DNA from: Mustelus asterias
Taxonomy: Eukaryota
NCBI RefSeq assembly: GCF_964213995.1
Contig: NW_027590119.1
Span: 2,418,001-2,482,000, forward strand
DNA: 64,000 nucleotides
Direction of reading: 5' to 3'
Shown: piece after piece, positions 22,556-33,720 of the stretch
How the letters are laid out: each line of letters begins with the position of its first letter
How positions within the stretch are numbered: position 1 is the stretch's first letter
The notes under the pieces: generated by a model
Told to the model about the DNA's origin: nothing
Database searches by the model: none
What the model saw: only the letters and a program-made list of their open reading frames with translations
Translations under genes and position numbers: made by a program

Positions 22556-22868
22556 CCACCCCAGACTCTTGCACAGTAATAGATGGCGGTGTCTTCGGTC
22601 TTCAGCCTTGTCATCTCCAAAGAGAAGATATTGGTTGAAGTGTCTTTAGACGCAGTAAATCGATCCTTAATTGCTGGGGCGTAGCTGTTGCTGGATGAAG
22701 TACGGTAGTAAACCAGCCACTCCAGCCCCTGCCCGGGAACCTGTCGGATCCAGTACATGTAAGCGCTGCTAAGACTGAAGCCGCTGGTTTTACAGGTCAG
22801 TGTCAGGGAGCCTCCGGGACGCCCTGTCTCTGCCTCTGGCTGAGTCAACACAACCTGCGTCTGGACAC
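22556..22868 (-). CDS. IGHV: VH exon germline-joined to a D segment (VD)
   Basis: Open frame (G)[52 protein letters not shown]...[36 protein letters not shown]. There is no RSS after YYCAR; about 10 nt (TCTGGGGTGG) run directly into a 12-RSS. Confidence 0.95.
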
Positions 22869-23000
22869 CTGTAAAAATAGATCAAAAAACCCGAGGATTA
22901 ATCCTGGTGTAATGATTTTTGACTCTGGAATATTACACAGATGGACTAAAACTGAGACAGGAACTGTGGGAGACTTAGACAATGAAAAATAACTACTCAC

Positions 23001-23046
23001 CGGATAAGAAAGTCAGCAACAAACTGAGAGAAATCGCCGACCTCAT
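23001..23046 (-). CDS. IGHV: IgH leader exon
   Basis: ATG at 23046, encodes MRSAISLSLLLTFLS plus one G, donor gtgagt, 132-nt intron to the V exon. Confidence 0.93.
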
Positions 23047-23137
23047 CCTTCTGGTAAGTTGGGGGAAATGGTTGTGTCAGGAACTCAATGAACAAACCAA
23101 CTCCCGGACTGTTGGATTCCGGTCCCAGTGAGCGGCA

Positions 23138-23164
23138 TTTAAATACCCGGCAGAAGGGGGCGGC
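23138..23164 (-). promoter_or_regulatory. VH core promoter: TATA-like box and GC box
   Basis: TATTTAAA at 23145-23138, about 90 nt upstream of the ATG, and a GC box GGGGCGGC at 23157-23164. No ATGCAAAT octamer was seen nearby. Confidence 0.6.
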
Positions 23165-26104
23165 TTTCCAGGCACCGTCGGTTGATTCCCTGCTGGAGGC
23201 GGCGACTGGATCCAGGTCCCACCTTCCACACCCCCAACAGAATGGACTTCCAGATTTACAATAGGTTAATATTAAAATGGACATTTTGTCTGTGTCGGGA
23301 TATTTGTTTGGCTGAATATGTCCATTGTATTGTCTCCATTATTTCTGATGGTGATATTGCAGTTCATCATTTCTTTATTTAAAATAACGAATTCCATTGT
23401 AAATATGGTGATTTTATTACCACGCCCCCAAGAAGAACACAAATCTAAAAGTGATGAAATTACATTTTTGGAAAATAAAGAGACCGTCAGTCTATTTTGC
23501 AACAATTCCGGGTCTCTGTCATATTACAATAATAAAGCATCATTTATCAGAATAACTTTTACCGATTTCTGTAACTAAATGAGGGGGTATGAACAAAGTG
23601 ATTGCATTTACAGTGTGGATGGCTATCACTGTACAATTTGGGTTTGGAGATGAGAAGAAACTCTCACACAATACAATGTTTCTCCTTATATTTGTCAAAC
23701 TGCCCCAATCTCGAAGACAGCTATTTGAAAATAATAAGAATCCTGCCCTCCTGATAATTAAATAGTGAGTTGACAGAGAAACATAAAGTTCTCCTTCAGC
23801 ATCCAGATCATTGCAGGTCACTCTATCGGCCACCGGCTGTCTAACATTCGCTGGTATTGCGAACACAAGATATCAGGGCTTTGCGGCAGATTGCACAATA
23901 TCACAAGAATAAATGTTTTATCTTCCATTGAATCAGGTTATGAACTGATCATTTCTCCACTTATTGGCAGCTATGATTGGAACTCTTCAAGAACAGGAAT
24001 CAGATTATACTGTATAGTAGAATAGGGTGTTAATCAGGTACAAGAGACGCTGCTGTTTAAATGCGATACAGAACGTTCAGAATATTCCAGGAATTCCCGC
24101 TGTTCGTGTCAGTTTTATGATGTTCCCTTAATATGATTTCGATGCATTTTATGCCATTGCACTGATTTCAATTGACTGGGGAATTGGGACCATCAACATC
24201 TCTCTCTCGCATTTCATGAAGTGGTTAATAAACTGACTTTAATTTGTGGAATGGCATTTACTTGGAAGTTATACAAATGAAAAAGCATCTGGTCACTTTA
24301 TTGTTTTGCGATACTATTTACTCACATAATGAAGAGGCCATTGAATGAAAATATTTGATTAGAATGATTACGATTTAAAATGTGTCTTTCTTGTGGGAAT
24401 GAAACATTTATTGTTTAAATGGCTGAATCCCATTTTGTCCATTCAGGTTCACGCTAATCTGTCCCACACAGTATTTGGCAGCAATCCAGCCTTCTGCCAA
24501 ATGCTCAAAGTTATTGACAGGAAGCATCTGGGGGTGTTGCGCAGCAGAACAAAGATCTGTTTCCTCAGTACTGACCGCTTGGCTGCAAGCCAACTTAAAA
24601 CCCTTCACATTGTCAATGAGGCCTATTTATAAACAAATCTACCCAGCAACAGTACTGGAGGCACTTTAATTTTTAAAAGTTGTAAATCTAGATGTATTTT
24701 TCCCATCTCTAATGAAAGGAAAGTTATGCAGCTTCTCTGGCACCCTGTTAGCAACAATGATGATTTTTCCAACACATCAGGATATTGTGATAGATGGATA
24801 GAAAGAATTACAGGCAAACTGAGAAATGTCTCAGAGAGACGATACATGAACATGTTTGTTTGTATTTTCTTTCCCTTTATCTTTCCATGGGATGTTTGGT
24901 TGCAAAGACCGGCACTTTTTGTCTGTCCCAAATTCCCTTGAACTGACTGGTTTTCTAGGCCACTTCTGAAGATATTAAAGAGTCAGCTATTTTGCTGTCC
25001 ATCTGGAGTCACATCCTTGTGAGACCAGGTAGCGATGGCAGATTTCACTCATTGGGGAATCAGAGAGGGTCCGATGGTCGCCATTAGCATCTGTTCCATA
25101 TTTATTAATTGAATTCATATTCCACCAGCTGCAATGCTCCGATTTAAATCCCTGTCCCCACATCATTGTCCTGGGTCTCTGGATCACTGGGCCACTTCAA
25201 TTAATATTACGTCACCATCTGTGCAAACAATAAATGAATGACTGTGTTGATGAAGGAATGAATGACCGTTGAATGAATGATATGAATATCAGTTGGATGG
25301 CTGAATATTTTGATTGAGGAATCAGTGAACGGATTGATGGATGCATTGTTAAATGGTACTGAAAGATGCTGTTCCACATTCCCATATTTGTACTTGACTG
25401 GTTCATAAATTGAAACAGTTCCTTGTTTCCATTTCTGTCAGTCTAATAACTTCAATACTTCCAGAAGGTCTGGGTGAAATCAAACCCGATTTTCGAGGGA
25501 GTTAGCAAGCTGATCCTCACGAAAAGAAGAGGGGATTTTCCTGCCGCACGGATGGTTCATTTCTCTGCTGATGCTGAATATTCATATCCAAGATCGAAAG
25601 AGGGAACATGATTTGGCTGAGGAGGGAGGATTGTAATATTTGAAACATGTGCAGCAAATCACTCACCATGCCCTCACCCAAATTAGTGAAGGTAACAAGC
25701 TGTAAAATAAATAATGTGGCAACAGATATATAGTGAAACTCACTGGAACTACAAGTGTTACATTATTTCTCAAAACTGTGTAATAATGAATCGGGATTTA
25801 AAGATTCAGTAAAATCATATTTGGTGCAGGTGGTTTAATTAGTATGATTACTTTGGAAATCATCACACCAGTTATGATTCAGGAGTTTAAAGCGCAGAGT
25901 CTGCTGGGTCGCTACTCATGATCCTCGGTCTGTATTCATTCAATTTCCAACTGAATTCTGGGACAGATTTTATCCTTGGTGACAAAAAGGTGTCAATAAA
26001 TGTTAATATCAATAAATTATTCAAAGCAAAGTTGTATAGAAGGAAATACTGGAAACAAACAGAAAATGCTGGAAGATCTCAGCAGGTCTGACAGCATCTG
26101 TGGA

Positions 26105-26551
26105 CACAGTAAGAAGTTTAACAACACCAGGTTAAAGTCCAACAGGTTTATTTGGTAGCAAAAGCCACACAAGCTTTCGGAGCTCTTAGCCCCTTCTTCA
26201 GGTGAGTGGGAATTCTGTTCACAAACAGAGCTTATAAAGACACAGACTCAATTTACATGAATAATGGTTGGAATGCGAATACTTACAACTAATCAAGTCT
26301 TTAAGAAACGAAACAATGTGAGTGGAGAGAGCATCAAGACAGCCTAAAAAGATGTGTATTGTCTCCAGACAAGACAGCCAGTGAAAATCTGTTTGTGAAC
26401 AGAATTCCCACTCACCTGAAGAAGGGGCTAAGAGCTCCGAAAGCTTGTGTGGCTTTTGCTACCAAATAAACCTGTTGGACTTTAACCTGGTGTTGTTAAA
26501 CTTCTTACTGTGTTTACCCCAGTCCAACGCCGGCATCTCCACATCATGACT
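26105..26551. mobile_element. Penelope-like family A insertion with inverted terminal duplication, nested in a family B element
   Basis: 125-bp inverted arms at 26105-26229 and 26388-26512. Perfect 12-bp TSD AGCATCTGTGGA at 26093-26104 and 26552-26563. Confidence 0.8.
26413..26449 (+). ncRNA. Minimal hammerhead ribozyme motif (mirror copy on the minus strand at 26168-26204)
   Basis: CAC-CTGAAGA-A-GGGGC-TAAGA-GCTCC-GAAA-GC-TT-GTG. Confidence 0.65.
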
Positions 26552-28837
26552 AGCATCTGTGGAGACAGAATAGAGCCAACGTTTCGAGTCTGGATGACGC
26601 TTCGGCAGAGAATTCCTGATGCGTTGGAGAGATCATCATTGTTTGAGAATTGGTGAATGCATTTATTAAATTGCGAATGGATGGTCATTGGTGAAAATAA
26701 TTACTATCTTTCTGAACATTTATGACATTCTCCTTATTTGCTGGAAGATTTAAGGTTTGTAGTTCATTTATTAATGTCACAAGTAGGCTTACATTAACAC
26801 TGCAATGAAGTCACTGTAAAATCCCTGAGTCGCCACACTGTAGCTTCTGTTCGGGTCCACTGAGGGAGAATTTAGCCTGGCCAGTACACATTACCAGCAT
26901 GCCTTTTCGGACTGTGCAGGAAACTGGACCACCCAGAAGAAATCCACGCCTAAACGGGGAGAAAGTACAGACTCCGCACAGACACTGACCCAAGCCGGAA
27001 CCAAACCAGTGGCCCCGGCACTGTGAGGCAACAGAGCTAACCACTGTGCCACCATGGCACCCATCATTCCATAAGACAGGCATGATTCAAATTTATCACA
27101 CTTTTTGCAAAGTAAACCGATGGAAGAGACTATTACAACTACCAACATATCTCAGTCATAACATCACGGGTAAGATCTTTGCTGGGGTCACACTTGAAAT
27201 ACATCATCTACTTGCAGACCGGGTGTTCCTGATGTGCAGTGTAGTGACTGTGTTGGAACATTTACTCCAGCCAACAACTTCTCCATGTTCCATATGTGTC
27301 CATATCTTTAACGTACTTCGGCCAATCTCGCGAAGTCATTCAACACCGTCAGCAGGGCAAGGAATACAGGATTTTGGTGATAACTGGCTCTACACCAAAG
27401 CTCCTAATATCCATTCATGATACAAAAACGATAACACACAATGACGAATGGTAGCTTAATGGTAGCTTAATGGGCAGCACTTGTGGCAGAACTAACTTTT
27501 CAAAAATTGGCCTCCTCAATCATTAGAAAAGGTGACATATGTAAAGGAAGCCAATCTGAATTGGATGTGTTTATTGTGTGTCCATCATGTAGTGGAAATG
27601 GAAGGATGCAAGTGATCATTGTGGAATTAATTTGTATAAAACACGATGTATTTCACACAACACACGCACACCAAGATGGTCAATTTGGGAGCAATCAAGG
27701 AGCACTCGATTCCAGAAATGATTTGGAAAGAGTCCAAATTTGGATTAAAAAAAATAAATTAAAAAGGTGAATAGAGAGTGCCTGCCCTTGACACCGACGC
27801 AGCGTCTGACCGTTTGAGGCATCAAGGAGCCCGAGCGAAACTGCAGTCAATGGGAATCAGGGGGAACAGAGTCCACTGCCTGAGTCATACTGAGCACAAA
27901 GGATTGTTGATGGCCAATCATTGCAGCAGGAATTCTTCAGGTTGGTGACCAAGCCCCAAACTTCACCCTTTATCAAAGTTCAGAAGTGGGATTTTCACTG
28001 ATGATTGCACAAAGTTCAGCACCAGTCACGGCTCCTCAGATACTGAAACAGTCTGTGTCCATATGCAGTAAGACTTCGAAAACATTTAGTCTTTGGCTAA
28101 TGAATGACAAGGAACATTAATGCACCACAAGTGGCAGGCAATGACAGTCTCCAATGAGGGAGATTCCAAACCACTCCCCATGACATTAAATGGCATTACC
28201 CATCGCTGAATTCGCCCACTATCAACATCCTGGGAATTACAATTCGTGAAAATCTGAACGGAGACAGACGTTTAAATCATGTGGCCACAGGAGCAGGTCA
28301 GGCGCTCGGAGTTCTGCTGTGAACAACGCACCTCCTGAATTCCCAACTCCTATCCATCATCTACTAGGCAAAAGACAGGAGTATGAACAAATATCACAGA
28401 ACAGTCAAGCACGGGAACAGGCCCTTCGGCCCACCAAGTCTGTGCCGACACAGATGATTGACTATTCTCTACTTGCCTGACTTGTGCCACTCAAAAGCTC
28501 AATGTCATTCTGGAGAAAGTAGCTGGCTCGAAAACCACCCCACCCACCAGCTTCCCAAAGCTTGCCACCACATTCTCAAAAGAATTCATGATTTGGCAAC
28601 AAAAGCTGACTTTCCCAGTGACATCAAAATCACAACAATTTTAAACATACCATATCTTTGCCTATATTCAACTAGCTTCTGCCTCTGTCTATTCCAGTAG
28701 GCTGTGCCTGGGTCATATTCGAGGAGGTCATGTCTAAGCTATTTTCTGCACTTGGCTCAATAACAGGTGTTCGGAAATGAGAGACAGGCCCTGTTTTTAT
28801 TATAATTTCTAAGTTATGGCGGTACTGAGCCATGCTT

Positions 28838-29147
28838 CTGCTGTCTTGTCTGGAGACAATACACATCTTTTTAGCCTGTCTTAATGCTCTCTCCACTCAC
28901 ATTGTTTTGTTTCTTAAAGACTTGATTAGTTGTAAGCATTCGCATTCCAACCATTATTCATGTAAATTGAGTCTGTGTCTTTATAAGCTCTGTTTGTGAA
29001 CAGAATTCCCACTCACCTGAAGAAGGGGCTTAGAGCTCCGAAAGCTTGTGTGGCTTTTGCTACCAAATAAACCTGTTGGACTTTAACCTGGTGTTGTTAA
29101 ACTTCTTACTGTGTTCACCCCAGTCCAACGCCGGCATCTCCACATCA
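28838..29147 (+). mobile_element. Penelope-like family A fragment with a hammerhead motif at 29014-29050
   Basis: Near-identical to the 26105-26551 and 49513-49790 copies. Motif CTGAAGA-A-GGGGC-TTAGA-GCTCC-GAAA-GC-TT. Confidence 0.75.
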
Positions 29148-30214
29148 GTTTATATGCACAAGCTCCTATGTCCAGTAAAACCGCACTAGACACTGTCTCA
29201 GTTTTATTTTCCTCGACATTGTCATATATCTTTGAAATGTTTGTTTCATGGGATGTGGGTGTCACTGAAAAGATCAGCATTTGGCCTTTGAACATCCCCA
29301 CATGGCACTCGGAGCGAACCCATTTCTATTTTGCTGGATCAGGACCCCGTTTATGTTAAATTAGAGTCTGTCTCTGTTAATACACTGCTTGACTAGAAAT
29401 CAGTTTATATTGCACGAGCCACACTCTCTGGTTCAGTAATATTTGATCCTGACCCTGTACATATTTCACGAGACTGTGTCAGTGTCATGCCTGCACTTAA
29501 CTTTGCCTCGATTTGAATTATGTCTGCATTCCTCCGCGGTTCTACGAGAAGAAGAGATATTATGTTGGATGAAAAACAGTGGTCTCTGGCAGGATTCTGA
29601 AACAGGCAGTATTGGATCGACAGTATTTGGACGGTGTGGGCTTCCAGTGCTGAAGGACCTGTTCCTCTGCAGTAACTTTTCTTGTTCTTTGTTCTGTGTT
29701 GACAGTGCATGCGATACAGGTCTTAGTATCCATTTTCAATGCAGTCAGCAGAAGTAGATTTCAGATAACACTGCTTCTTTTCCAGTGCTCAAGACCTCAT
29801 AACATTCCATGTTCAGGAGGATGCCGAGAATTGTGTCCCCCTAAACACTTTCCTCATTACTGGCATTGTCCAGTGCAATAAAAACTGAGACCATGTCCAA
29901 TGCAATATAAACGTGGATAAGGTCAAGTGCAGGAATAAGACTCCATCTATTTTAATACAAACAGACAGGTCTAAATTCATACAAACTGACACAGCGTCTA
30001 GTTTGAAATAAACTGAAACATGGTGATGCATAATATAAACAAGGACAAGGTCTAATTTAGTATAGTCAGAGAAAGCATCTCGTTTAATATGTGTAGAGAT
30101 CGGGTCTAGTGCAACATTAACCGAGGCATGACCTTATATAATAGAAGCTGACGCAGGGTAAATTTACTGTCTAATAAAGAGACTGGTTCAACCCCCATGA
30201 AATTTGGAGAGACG

Positions 30215-30800
30215 GCCTACTGCCCCATCAAAAATTCACAGGACAGGAGTAACATGGGGTTAGCTGTAAAGTTCCCCCATGCATTGCCAAATTTAACACT
30301 CCCAAGGCAGGAATAGCATGATTTAGATACAAAGTGAACCTCCCTCTCACTATCAAAATCAAACATTCCTGGAAAAGGTAGATTGTCTAGAAACAGAGTG
30401 AAACTCCCTCTACAAAGTCTGCTCAAACACAATGAAGGCATACAGACCAGGGACTCTCTTCTCGGTAAAACCACTTCTGCATTTTTCCATCAGAGAATCG
30501 GGAGGCAAGTTTGAATTGGTGTTCGGTAGAGGGGGAAGATGCCTCGGCACAGTCCCATAAAATACACTCAGGTCAGGTACAGCAGAGATTAGATACGGAT
30601 TAAATATCCCTCTACAAGTAATATCAAACATTCAAAGGGCAGGTACGTGAGTTTAGATGCAGACTAAATATTCCTCTACACTGTCCAGTCAAACAGTCCA
30701 AGGGCAGGGATAAATACAGGGAAAATTTCTTTGGTACTGCCACATCGAATCCTTGTTGCGAGGTACAACACAGGTTAGATACAGAGGGAAATGTATAAAA
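30215..30800. repeat. Degenerate satellite-like repeat of about 65 bp
   Basis: Unit approximately ctccctctacactgtcccatcaaacactcccagggcaggtacagcacgggttagatacagagtaaa. A paralogous array lies at about 47185-47480. Confidence 0.65.
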
Positions 30801-31159
30801 TATCCCAAGATCATAGAATGCTCAAGAGATCTTTTAGAGTAAATCTCCCTCATGGATTCCAATTCATTGCGTTGCATTCCTTACTACTCTGTCTGAGAGA
30901 ATACATTGGGCAACATTGAATTCAGATTGTGGAGGGAAGACGATGAACTATCGTGAAGAGACAAGACTTAGAACCAGAAGGAGAAAGACAGAGAGAGAGA
31001 GATGAAACACAGGGAATTTCCATGAACACATTTGCCGTGTTATCACATTTCGGGATCAGAGGGATTCTTTGCTAATTCTTAACATAGATATTGTCATGAT
31101 ATTTTTTCTTCATATAATTGATGAATAACTAATGTATAAAACAATCATTTCTGGAATCC

Positions 31160-31590
31160 GTTGATCAATTTGCATGTTTGTCTCTATTTCTGTGCTGTGT
31201 TGGTGGGGAAATATTTGTTGTCTCTTTGTCAGTCAACAATCTAATCTGGGATTTCTATTTCTGTGTTTATTTACATAAATACCTCACTGTTTACAATGAA
31301 ATGTTCATGGCAGCAAAAACAGATAAACCGTCACTTATTCATTCGTTTCAACTCAAAATAGCGGTTATTTTAAGAATATTAACAGTTGGTTCAAAATGAA
31401 TAGAAACCTTTTTAACATACATTACAGCAGATGCTATTTAATTAAATGAATAAATACATTCTATATAAGAATTTGTTCTGAAAATTCTGATGTCACAATA
31501 AATAAAGTATCTGTGAACAGGCTGGTATTCCATTGAATGTTAATTTGATTGATGATCTAAATTGCTTCAACTAGACAAGCTAAAACAAAT
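31160..31590. promoter_or_regulatory. Conserved non-coding block with a perfect octamer (candidate distal enhancer)
   Basis: ATTTGCAT at 31168-31175 and TGATGTCA at 31488-31495. The paralogous block at about 47780-48205 keeps both motifs. Confidence 0.4.
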
Positions 31591-32863
31591 AGAACTGATG
31601 TGTGAAATATTCCTGTCATAATTAGTGATCAGACTCACACGAGGGAAGAATAAAAAATCCAGTGTGGTTATCACTAAGTGATACAAGTAGCATTGCAGCC
31701 TCACAGTGACAGGGAAGCGGGTTCGATTCCAACCTTGGGTGACTGTGTGTGGTTTTTCACATTCTACCATGTCCATGTGAGTTTCCTCCGGTGCTCCGGT
31801 TTCCTTCCACAGTCCAAGCATGTACAGGTTAGGTGGATTGGTACGATAAATTGCTCCTTTGAGTCCAAGGATGAGCAACGTAGAATCACAAAATCCCTAC
31901 AGTGCAGAAGGAGACCATCGCTTTATCAAGTCCGAACCAGCTGTCCAGCAGGGCATCATTCCCAGGCCCAAGGTGGATTGGCGATTCTAAATTGCCCCTT
32001 AGTGTGCAACGATGTGTAGGTTAGAGACATTAGCCTCTGAATATGTGAGGTTGTCGGGATAGGGTGAAGGCTGGGCCTGGATAGGATGCTCTGCTGGAGA
32101 GCAGCTGCAGACTTGATGGACCGAATGGCCTCCTGCTGCACTGCACTGGATTCTATGATTCTATGCTGCTATGATCAGCAGAGGAATGAATATATTCGCA
32201 TTAATCTCTCAGCACTTCCAACGTATTACAACTTTCATTTTGGTAGAGCTTACATTTATAGAACCCTTTACCCGACTTCATGTAGTCCCTAAGTTCTTAA
32301 AAGTCACTGATGTACCTTTGCTGAATTTAGTCACTGCTATCACGTTGCAAATACAACAGGTAATGTACGTACAACAAACTCCCACAAACCGAGATGTGAT
32401 AAATTGCCAGTAAATTTGTGATTTTGTTTGAAGAATCAGTATTAAGGTAGAATATTGGGGAGAACAGCCTTGCTCTTTAGAATTAAATCAATGAGATTTT
32501 GCATCCTGGCATCGATTTTAAATGTGAATCTGGTTCTCTATCTGCTGATGTACACTGACCTGCTGAGTAGCATTTGTGTTACTTTAGTTTTAGATTTCCA
32601 GAATCGGCAGCACTTTACACTGTTGTTATTGATCCTCTGGATGTGAGCATCACTGACAAAGCCAACATTTAGTTGTCCCTGCTGAGAAGGCTGTTGTGAA
32701 CCACCTTGTTGAAACCTGCCCTCTGGATGATTTTATTATTTGTTTTTCCATAGCAGCTTTGATACAACTGGATGGCCTGCCCGGCAATTTCAGTAGTGGC
32801 TAAGAGTCATTTTCATCATAGTGGAATTGGAGTCTAGGCAGAACAGACAGGGTAAAGATAGGA

Positions 32864-33384
32864 ATCTTCGGTTTTCAGTTATTTCCAAAGAGACGATGTC
32901 GTTTGAAGTATAAAAGCAAATTACTACGGATTCTGGAATTGAAACCAAAAGAGAAAATGCTGGAAAATCTCAGCAGGCCTGGCAATATCTGTGAGGAGAG
33001 AAAATAGCTGACATTTCGAATCCAGATGACCTTTTGACAAAGCTTTGACAAAAGGGTCATCTGGAATCGAAAAGTCAGCTCTTCTCTCTCCTTACAGATG
33101 CTGCCAGACTTGCTGAGATTTTCCAGCATTTTCTCTTGACGTTGTTTGAAGTGTCTTTGGGCGGAGTAAATTGATCCTGAATCCTGGGGCGGAGGAATTG
33201 TAGGTTGACCCAAGACTATCGTACTGAAGAAGACACTGTAAACACTGTTCAGGGACCTGTCGGACCCAGACCATCCAGTTTCTGCCAACATTGAATGCGT
33301 TGGCTTTGCAGGTCAGTCTCAAAGAGTTTCAGGGGCGCCCACTTTCTGCCTCTCGCTGGCTCAACACAACCTCCGATTCCACAC
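32864..33384 (-). pseudogene. IGHV: VH pseudogene, truncated in FR3, lacking leader and RSS
   Basis: EVVLSQREAESGRP*NSLRLTCKANAFNVGRNWMVWVRQVP... The acceptor AG is mutated to AA (33386-33385), there is a TGA at 33331-33329 and a frameshift in FR3. A 228-bp insertion follows; V resumes as IVSLEI..LKTED and then ends. Confidence 0.9.
32910..33137. mobile_element. Palindromic Penelope-like family B insertion inside the VH pseudogene
   Basis: Inverted arms over 32949-33137 centred on AAAGCTTT. 15-bp TSD GATGTCGTTTGAAGT (32895-32909) and GACGTTGTTTGAAGT (33138-33152). Confidence 0.75.
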
Positions 33385-33414
33385 TTGTAAAAATATCTAA
33401 GATCCTATGAAAAT

Positions 33415-33720
33415 AAAACTCCACGCACTCCAGACATACTCTTTCACCTTATTACATCGGGAACAAGATACAAAAGTCTGAGGACACGTATAAACCGACT
33501 GAAAAACAATTTATTTCCTGCTGCTATCAGACATTTGAATGGACCTACGTCGCATTAAGTTCATTTTTCTCTACACAACAGCTATGACTGCAAAATTACA
33601 TATTCACTCTCTCCCTTCCTTCCCTATATCCGTTATGCTCTGACTGTATAGTGCGCAAGAAACTATAATTTGCACTGTGTACTAATATATGCGATAATAA
33701 TAAGTCAAATGAAATCAAAT
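33415..33720 (+). mobile_element. Rex1/Babar LINE 3' fragment in the pseudogene leader intron
   Basis: Similar to 4720-5018. Intron-homologous sequence resumes at 33721. Confidence 0.7.

Larger units (their letters stand above)
23390..32860. repeat. Upstream region of the intact VH (copy 1 of an old segmental duplication)
   Basis: Collinear blocks: 23767-25450 with 34870-36560; 25590-26040 with 39270-40130; 27340-27665 with 41350-41660; 29160-30500 with 46230-47390; 30890-31600 with 47510-48210; 32260-32860 with 48310-48900. Confidence 0.85.

Noticed and set aside
22572-22578. Cryptic heptamer TACTGTG as a V-replacement site
   Set aside because: It is present in most VH FR3 ends, and the only upstream V in the window has no RSS to use it.
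22513-22851. Reading the ORF ...[15 protein letters not shown] as a fully joined VDJ gene
   Set aside because: The J-like residues are encoded by a heptamer, 12-bp spacer and perfect nonamer. No good splice donor follows, and a real JH with its own RSS lies downstream.
31178-31399. ORF sharing NLIWDFYFCVYLHK with 47754-47969, as a conserved small protein
   Set aside because: Starts, N-terminal frames and stops differ between the copies. The similarity is explained by DNA duplication.
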